Of a stretch of 64,000 nucleotides of DNA, positions 55,743-64,000 are shown one piece after another. Under the pieces are notes generated by a model. It did no database searches. It was given only the letters and a program-made list of their open reading frames with translations, and had not been told where the DNA came from. The position numbers and the translations under genes are program-made. The stretch is from Octopus sinensis. Its lineage: Eukaryota. Position 1 is the first letter of the stretch; the number at the start of each line of letters is the position of its first letter. The stretch covers positions 23,002,001-23,066,000 of the forward strand of contig NC_043016.1 in NCBI RefSeq assembly GCF_006345805.1, in the 5' to 3' direction.

Positions 55743-58700
55743 CTGTAAACAGTGTACTGGCGCCATGAGAAATGTTTATATATTATGACCGGCTGTCTTT
55801 ACGTTCTAAGTTCAAATTCTGCCGAGATCAACTTTGCCTTTTGTCCTTTCAGGGTTGATAATTAAGTATCAATCTAATCAACTGAGGCTCCCTCCCCACA
55901 AAAATTTCAGGCCTAGAAAAGTATATAGTGACAGTTACAGAATATAGAAAGTAATGTAACACCAATGACTATATAATCCAACCAAAATATCTGTTACACA
56001 AGCGTAAACGGAATTATTAATTTAACCTTAAAATATATCGTACATATTCAAAGAACCTTAATGTACAAATTGAAATGCAGTAGAAGAGGGACATAAAAGA
56101 AGGGAAAGAGAAATTGACACCCAATATTTGCTGTGTATGTATCTATGTATAAACTTTTCTTTGGATTTATGTATCTACTGTCTCTCTCACTTTGTCTTCC
56201 TGTATCCCTCTTCTCTCCTCTCCCGTTTTTGATGTAACAATGTGCGTATCTACTTCTCTTGCTATGCGATAAACATTTAAAAACAAAATGAACGCCGTCA
56301 CAACTCACTGTCTCTTTCACTTTGTCCCTTTCTTTCTCTCTTATGTCCTATCTAAAACATTTAAAAACACAAAACAAACGCTGTCACCGTTCACTGTCTC
56401 TTTCTCTTACTTCCTCCCTGAAACATTTAAAAACACAAAACGAATGCCATCACCACTTAGTTTCTTTCACTCTTTCTCTCTCACACTCTCTTGCTTTGCC
56501 ACTTCTTTGTAGTAAAGTGTGACGCACACAACAGGTATGTACAATAACAAAAAGTTAGCATATTAATATTATTGGTGGTTTTTAATACAGGTGCAGGTCC
56601 AGTATTTTGAAAGGAGGGGATTAGTTGATATCTCCGACTCCAGTTCTTGACTGGTGCTTAACCTGGAGAGATAAAAGGCAAAATTGACCATGGCAGGATT
56701 TGAACTCAGAACATAAAACATTGCAACAAATATCAGAAAGCAATTTTTACCCCAACTCTTGAACAATTTTGCCAGCTAACACTTTTCTCAAGTATTTTAT
56801 TATTCCACAAGTCTATACAAGATCTAATATCAGTTTCTGTTGACAAGCAATATGTAAAATAATGTTATCAAAGGTTTGTCTGTTTGGGTTTTTTGGGGAA
56901 TGGCACACTGTCTTCATCCTCACTAGCATCTGCTATTCCTTCTGTCAACAGTTGATATCCCATGTCATCCAGAGCCTTGTAGCCAGATTCTGAGGTCTGT
57001 GATATTTGCATTTTCTGTCCTTGGAAGTATCTCGTGAATCCATCAAAATTTCTGCCTCTACATAATACAGAAGTTCAACCCCACTACCATGCATTGACTA
57101 GAGAACTAATTTTCAGTGCCTTCCATGAAATTGCATGAGAGAGACATAGAAGTGCAAGACACACTCCAATTTTAAAAGCACGTATTCAAGAAAAGATTTT
57201 TATGCTGCCAAGTGGAAAATGAAAATTGTTGACTTTTCTTTCTTTAAAAACCAAGGATCTGGATTTTAATCGTTTAAAATTCATTTGAATCCCTCGTGAT
57301 CAGCTCCTCAAGGCCTCTGCAGTCGACCCAATGAGATTTGCAAAGCATTTTCCCTGGTGCTTTAACAACCCACCACTCTTACAACAATAATAAATAATAG
57401 CGGGCAATCCAGAAAAATAGTACAATCTGTTTCTTGTTAGCCAGTCTCCCTGATACCTAAGACTGGGATAGACTAAAATCCTTCTACTGTCATGCTCTCT
57501 GTGTTTGGGTATAGTTAAATGGTAAACAGAGAGGTGTGTGATTATAACATTACAGGTACTTATTTTATCAATTATAATATTGCATCTTCTTAGCCTAGTG
57601 CTTTACCAGCCTCTACGAAGTTTTACATTCTAAACTTCATTAGGCAAATGATTAAGCTTCATTTTCAAAGTCATAATATTTTGATGGCCTTGTATGGAAA
57701 CATCCCAATTGATTGAACACCATTAATATTTAAATGATTCATTTTATGAATCACTTTAGTATTATCATTCATTTTATGAATGAAAAATGATTCATAGAGA
57801 AAAGTGAGAAAAAGGACAAAATTCAAAAAAGTAAATCTTAAATTTACTATAGTTATCATCATTTAATGTTCATTTTTCTATACTGGTATGTACTTTGACT
57901 GTTTGACAAGATCTGGTGAGCCACAGGCCTCCATTGAGCTTCATGTCAGCTTGGCACAGTATGACGCCCTTCTTAACACACACACAAGGTAAATTTCTAA
58001 ATTAGGTTGGTAGGGATGTTCAATCCTGGAGGGTACCGCATTCACTTTTACCAGTTAAATAATGCCGGCTAACCTCTGAGAGTGTAGAAAAACTCTAGTT
58101 GTTTTACTATCCCTCAGTAGATTTTCATATCAACAAATCCATTCTCTATAGACTGCATGTTGTTGGTAGAGAAAAAATGATAAATTAATAATTAAGGAGA
58201 ACAAGAGATTTATATATACAGTTTTATTCTGCAGTCAATCGCTTATTTCCATTTCTGCTGCAACTAGGTGCACACTGCAAAATTCTGCATCTGGTGTTAA
58301 TTGCCACTTGTTCAGGGTGCTATTAAATGCATTTCAGATCCCATCAGAACTAAATACAAATTCAACCAAAGTATTTCACCCACGTGGTGTTAGTATTCTA
58401 AAAATAGCCTAAACCTCTGACCTTTTCATCTCTGCTGGTTAAAAAAACAAGTGACTAACTAGCTGACCAAGAATGGGTCACAGTCAGCAAATGTATTTTA
58501 GTGGTGAATGGAAGTATATTTTGTATTAGGTTATTTAGTGTATGTTGATATTATTCTTACTATGATCATCTGTATCACTACTACTACTACTACACTTATT
58601 ATATAGGGCAGGAAGCAAACTGCCTTTCTAGCAAACCCACGTGGGTATGAAAGAGCTGAGATGCAGAAACTAAACACATCTGCTCTGAAGCTCAAATTAA

Positions 58701-58810
58701 TTGACAACTGTTTGTATATTTTGCCTTTCATCCTTTCAGGGTTGATAAAATAAAAGTACCAGAGACAATATACAATCCACTAATCTACCTCTTCTCAATA
58801 CTGCTAGTAT

Positions 58811-59027
58811 GGCGGTGAGGTGGCAGAAGCGTTAGCACGCGGGGCGAAATGCTTAGCGATATTTCGACTGTCTTTACGTTCTGAGTTCGAATTCCGCCGA
58901 GGTCGACTTTGCCTTTCATCCTTTCGACGTCGATAAATAAAGTACCAGTTGCGTACTGTGGTCGATCTTAATCGACTGGCCCCTTCCCCAAAAATTTCGG
59001 GCCTAGTGCCTAGAGTAGAAAAGAATA
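58811..59027 (+). mobile_element. tRNA-derived SINE of a second family; decayed copies at about 9740-9920, 30790-30990, 55790-55920 and 56600-56780
   Basis: TGGCAGAAGCGTTAG A-box-like, GAGTTCGAATTCC B box, then gtcgactttgcctttcatcc core. Confidence 0.78.
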
Positions 59028-62000
59028 TAGCTAGTATTCTGCCCAAATTAGAAACCTTTATTAAGGAGTAGAGTCGTTAAATTGTTAAAGCATCTGACAA
59101 AATACCATTTAGTTCAAATCCTACCAAGGGCAACTTTGTATGAATAGCTCATTCCAGCTAAAATGCTGGACTTGTGCCTAAATTAGAGACTGTTATTATT
59201 TTGCCATAGTAAATTTTTCTATCTCACTTCTTTAAAATTATAATTATTAAAAACAAGAATCCTACTGATAAGTAACATATTTTTACATTTATGCGAAAAT
59301 CTTAAATACTATTTTTGTTTAAATACTGATCTAGTGGCCTGTCTTAAGAACTGACACGTAGAAGTGAACCAACATTTATTTGATTATTTATTATACTTCC
59401 GTTCTTTTATAATACATTCTTATGTATTTATGTGTGCGTGTGGTTAACAACAGTCTCATGGAATACCTTCATGAATACAGGGACGTTATGCCATTCCTGG
59501 GAACCATGCACTGCGTAAGTTCTGAGATGGCGATGGTAATGCGGAAATAAAAAATTAATTGGTGTTGTTATGGATACTTGAAACACTAGTGACCTCTTGT
59601 GAAGGACTTGTAAAGCGTCAGTGCTTTTGCAAATGACATCAGAGGTTACTGGCCACGAAATCGATAAACAGATGACTAATTCAGCGACAAATATATTGCT
59701 ATCTCTAGTGTTATATATTACCAAATTTATAATGTGTACCACAAGTTGTCCGATGATAAAACATTGTTCGTAACTTTTATGTAATCTGATCGGATACTAA
59801 AGATATAGATACATGCCTATGTTTCACTACTTATATATGATCCAATTTTTTTTAATCATTATCAGTAATTGCTGCCGATCAAAGGAGCAGTCACACTTGT
59901 GCATGCTAGTGTGAGTGTATGCATATATAAAAAAAAAAAAATGACAAACCAGATACGGGACTTTTTTTTATTTTTTTTATTTGCCCCCTCGTGGACCCTC
60001 GGACAATGTATCCGCAATTATCCATATTTCCCTACGTTGAACTGACTCAACACGAGTTGGATGAAAATTCAATTTGAGGAGACCTTCACTGTAAATTTAA
60101 GTATTATACAACGAAAATATTTAATAGTTGAAAGCATAACGCTTCCCTTCGTTCATTTTCCAAGTACTTCTGTTAATTGCCAAGTAATCGGAAAACTAAA
60201 CTTTCACTTTCTACTTGTCCAGTCTGGTATTTTATCGATTTTTTCATTTTATTGAACGACCAAATTCCAACTTAGTGCTGTAAGGGATATAGAAGGTGTT
60301 TATGGAAATGTCACCTACAAATAGCCATCACAAGGTATATAATAAGTATAAACCCAAGACTAGAGTGAAATAAGAGTCGAAGACTTGCTCAGTGCTACGT
60401 ACTGATATTGAAATTAGAACCACGCGATTGCGAAAAGTAAAAAGATAAAACAACTAAAAACGCATCTATTATTTTTCCCTGTTATCTTAAAACAGCCCCA
60501 TTCCTTCTTAAAAATTATCTCCGAACTGCCTTGTAATGAGCACACGCTACTTATGGTACCATGTGACAAAGACAACCCCCCCCCCTCAACGACCATTTAA
60601 AAATGGCTTCAGCAATTACAGTTTTTTTGGTAAACAAAAATACCTACCGTGAATTTCATTAAAATGCATATAGAAACGAACAGAAGATAATCTACAACAG
60701 TTGTCTGATGAAATCAAAGAAGTGAGATAGTATATGTGGTCGCTCGACATACTAGAAATAGCTGTGGTTATCTATCTACCTCTAAAAATCAGCTTGAATT
60801 CTTTCAAATAACAACACATCGCCTTAAAAAGGGGGAATATTATCTATGAACGACGTTGAAGAGAAGTAGAAATAAAAATAACACAGACAGGAAGGTTATG
60901 GCTGGAACGTGTGGATCATATGTCTGCTCTATTAGCGTAGACGTGGAGGAGGCTTACACAATCAAGTAATCGATTACACACACACACACACACACTATAT
61001 ATATATGTATATATACATATATATAGATATACGCGCGCGCGGCGTGAATTAATGTTTTGGCAAATGATCCGACTGTTGAAACAGTTACGACGTGGAAGAA
61101 TAAATATATATATATATATCGTTGTCTGAGGTTTCACAAGTTATAAAAAAATATATAATAGAATGGGTATATATCCTATATGCATTACACACATAATGTC
61201 TAAGTATTATTTCAAATATACACATTACACTTTAATAAAAAAATTCCTCTGCATATATGTATCTGATATAAACATACTATAAAACTACTACTACAGTATA
61301 TCCCACGTTTAGTCATAGGACACGCAGAACTGCATGGAGGATAGGATATTTGATATGAAAATGTATACATATTCATGCTTTTTTAAAAAAATCTACGTAG
61401 TAAGTGTGTACGTGTGTGTTTGCAAAACAATCAGTGAGCAAGGTGAGAAAAATAAGTAAACCAATTATATTTGGTAACGCAGCATGTGTTGGCGTCAAAG
61501 ACACCACTACCTTCTTCATCATCATCATCATAAAAAACAAAATATTCGAATATTATCAGAGATAGCATTAAGTTGCAAGCTATCGTGTTTCCTATACACT
61601 CTAGAATTATGATGGGAATGTGGTTGATGCATAGAAATATGATCTGAAGACCTGGAGATGTAAACCAGCCAAACTATCCTCTCATGATTAACAGATTGTA
61701 GAAATTGAGGAAGAAGAAAAATATAATGAAATGAACAAGCGCGTGCACGCACGCACGAACACAATTTATATAAAAGGTACCATGCATGAATTTCTCAACG
61801 CTTGAGCCACTTTTGGAACTTTCTACTAATTAAAAATAAAAAAACATTTATTTATTTAAATAAAAAGTACATAAATATATATATATATATATATATAAAC
61901 GCACAAAAATTATATTTACCTAAAATGAATAGATTCAAAGGCAAGAATGAAAGTATAATTCATAATTTAAATTTTATTTACTTTTTTGTATTACGAACGA

Positions 62001-62298
62001 TAATTTTTCATTTTACCGAGTGAAAACGAAAAACAATTTTTGGTCGGTCCTCGTTCAGGTATTGACAATATATACAGCTTACATTGCACAACTGCACGTG
62101 CGTCTGCATTAAAATTCACGTGCGTGCATATTAAAATTTATATTATACATAACATTAATGTTTATCATATATATATAGATACACACACACACAAGTTTCT
62201 ATATTTACATTATATTTTAACACCAAGAAGGGTCCACGTGTCGTCCCAAAACAAAGAAAAAATATATACTGTAAAAATATAAATAGAACACGACATAC

Positions 62299-62420
62299 CA
62301 AGTTTCTCCATTGCTGAATTTCGTTGTGACAACCTTTCCTTTATCAATACCGAGTCGGTCGCAGACTTTCCTGGTTAGATCGGAATGCGAAGTTCCGCTG
62401 AAGACTTTGATATTCGGCAT
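62299..62420 (-). CDS. PRPS1: Ribose-phosphate pyrophosphokinase, coding exon 1 ([41 protein letters not shown]); an in-frame upstream ATG at 62483 would add 21 aa
   Basis: Canonical PRPS N-terminus. GTATGT donor at 62298; 122 nt, phase 2 joins the next exon to give TG|T = Cys. Confidence 0.96.
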
Positions 62421-62760
62421 GTTTCGAATTTCGGAACCACTGCTGGATGATTTCCTGTCTTTTAGTTTAGACGTGCCCGGCATCTAATTTCAGCCTCTTC
62501 TGAATGGGTTCGTAGCTTAACAGTTCCCCCCGAACAGAAGCGCTGTCTCCTGTATAAAGAGAACAAATAAAGTAATACAAGTGTGTATGTATGTATGTAT
62601 AACTACACACACATATGTTTATACGATATTTTACACTTACATACACAGGCCTAGTGGTGGCGGGAGACTTCGAAAGAGAGAGAAGCTTATTGGTAGATAA
62701 ATAATAAAGCGCGAAAACCATTCAGAAAAGAAGAAAGAAGTCGTTATTCATCAAGTGAAC
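62421..62760 (-). other. PRPS 5' leader with a probable 91-nt intron (62550-62640)
   Basis: Perfect GTAAGT donor at 62640; ttgttctctttatacag acceptor ending at 62550. Confidence 0.55.
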
Positions 62761-63350
62761 GCGGAGAAGATGATTTTAACGTTTCGCAACGCTAAAAATA
62801 GCAGCAAAACTTTTTAATATATTAATATAAGTTCATGAAACCCGTAAAAGACGGAATGGTCTGAATCGGTATGCCTTTGATTAAAAGATCAGCTACATAA
62901 CTGAACAGGTTCGAAGACCGATGCAATTAAAATCTTGATTTTATTAGTTGCGACTGGAAAAAAAAATTATATCATGTGAAATATTGATTTTTTTAAAACA
63001 TTTTTTTCTTGCCGAAGCCTAAGTAGTCCGAAACCAGATGAAGATATATTTTTTTTTTTTTAATGTGTAAAATTATACATAAGTAATAAGAGACATTCTT
63101 AGTGGGGGTAGAGGTAGTGTGGCGAATTATATAGTTTAATCTGTGGTAATATGAGACGTTTGAGGACAGCCGGACTGGCAATAACATTATTTCTGTCATC
63201 ACTGACATCTCACCTCGCCGAAATATAATTATCAGACGACGATCGAGAGGTTGCTTGGTTTCTTTAAGCAACGGCGCGACCTCGCCATCACTCGCTATGA
63301 TTCTGTGAGCATTTTTTTAGGGGTACTTTTTTAGAGGCGATAAAATACAC
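62722..63350 (-). promoter_or_regulatory. Probable PRPS promoter/5' region
   Basis: Upstream of the first exons and visibly richer in CpG than the gene body; TSS not defined. Confidence 0.35.
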
Positions 63351-64000
63351 TTTTTACTAGTAATTTGTGAGTAATTCAGAAATATGGTTCGTTTTATATA
63401 TATATAATTCGCATATTATTATTATTACCTGTAGGACAGAGGTAAAGATCATGGACCGCACCCCCTTTGAGATTTTTCTTTGTTTTTTTTTTTACTTTTT
63501 ACAGGAATGCACTATATCGAGGGTGGAGATTCCAAATCTGCAATTCAAAATTTACCCATCCACCCACCCACATTTCAATTTCTTAAATTTTCACTTAAAA
63601 AAAAATAAATTGTGGGGCGAAATACGTAGAAAAATACAGAAATTTATGATTCTGAAAAAAAAATTGTAAAATTTCAAGTTTTCAAAAAAATGGATAATAA
63701 ATAAAATTTTTAACCCCCCCCCCCGTCCTATGACAAGAAGTGAAATTAAAGTGTTTTCTCTACTGATGTTTCACGCATGCACAGAATTATAAAATAGCAG
63801 ACGCAAAAAGTATCTAAACAGAAGCACGTTTTCGAAATTTTAATACGAATTATCAAAGAAGAAAAAATTTCAAAACTTTACCCCCCCCCCACGCCAATTT
63901 CTTCATTTTACACCTATTTTAGAAATATTTTTGGGCGAAATACGTAAAAAAAATACGGAGATTATAAGTCTAAAAAAATTGTTTGTGAAATTTCAATTTT

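Overview
AT-rich, repeat-dense animal genomic DNA, most likely an octopod cephalopod (inferred from the SINE/RTE, Penelope and MITE families and the long (TA)n/(CATA)n tracts; not proven). There are two convergent spliced genes. (1) Minus strand: a complete ribose-phosphate pyrophosphokinase (PRPS) gene. Its coding exons are 122/184/99/125/174/160/93 nt (318 aa), all GT-AG. It carries TWO intact copies of the terminal coding exon about 12.2 kb apart (43920-44012 and 31685-31777). They differ at 18 synonymous and only 4 replacement codons, which points to an old duplication kept as alternative last exons with separate 3' UTRs. (2) Plus strand: three phase-1 exons (3100-3240, 11991-12125, 20798-20862) of a small, cationic, Cys-rich protein with one EGF domain; its first exon was not found. 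The rest is transposon debris (mariner, DD37D-like, hAT, piggyBac, Helitron, Penelope, RTE, CRE-like, SINEs, MITEs). It also holds three Penelope-type hammerhead ribozyme motifs, several long fold-back palindromes and an 87-bp palindromic minisatellite. Family assignments come from recalled motifs, not database searches.
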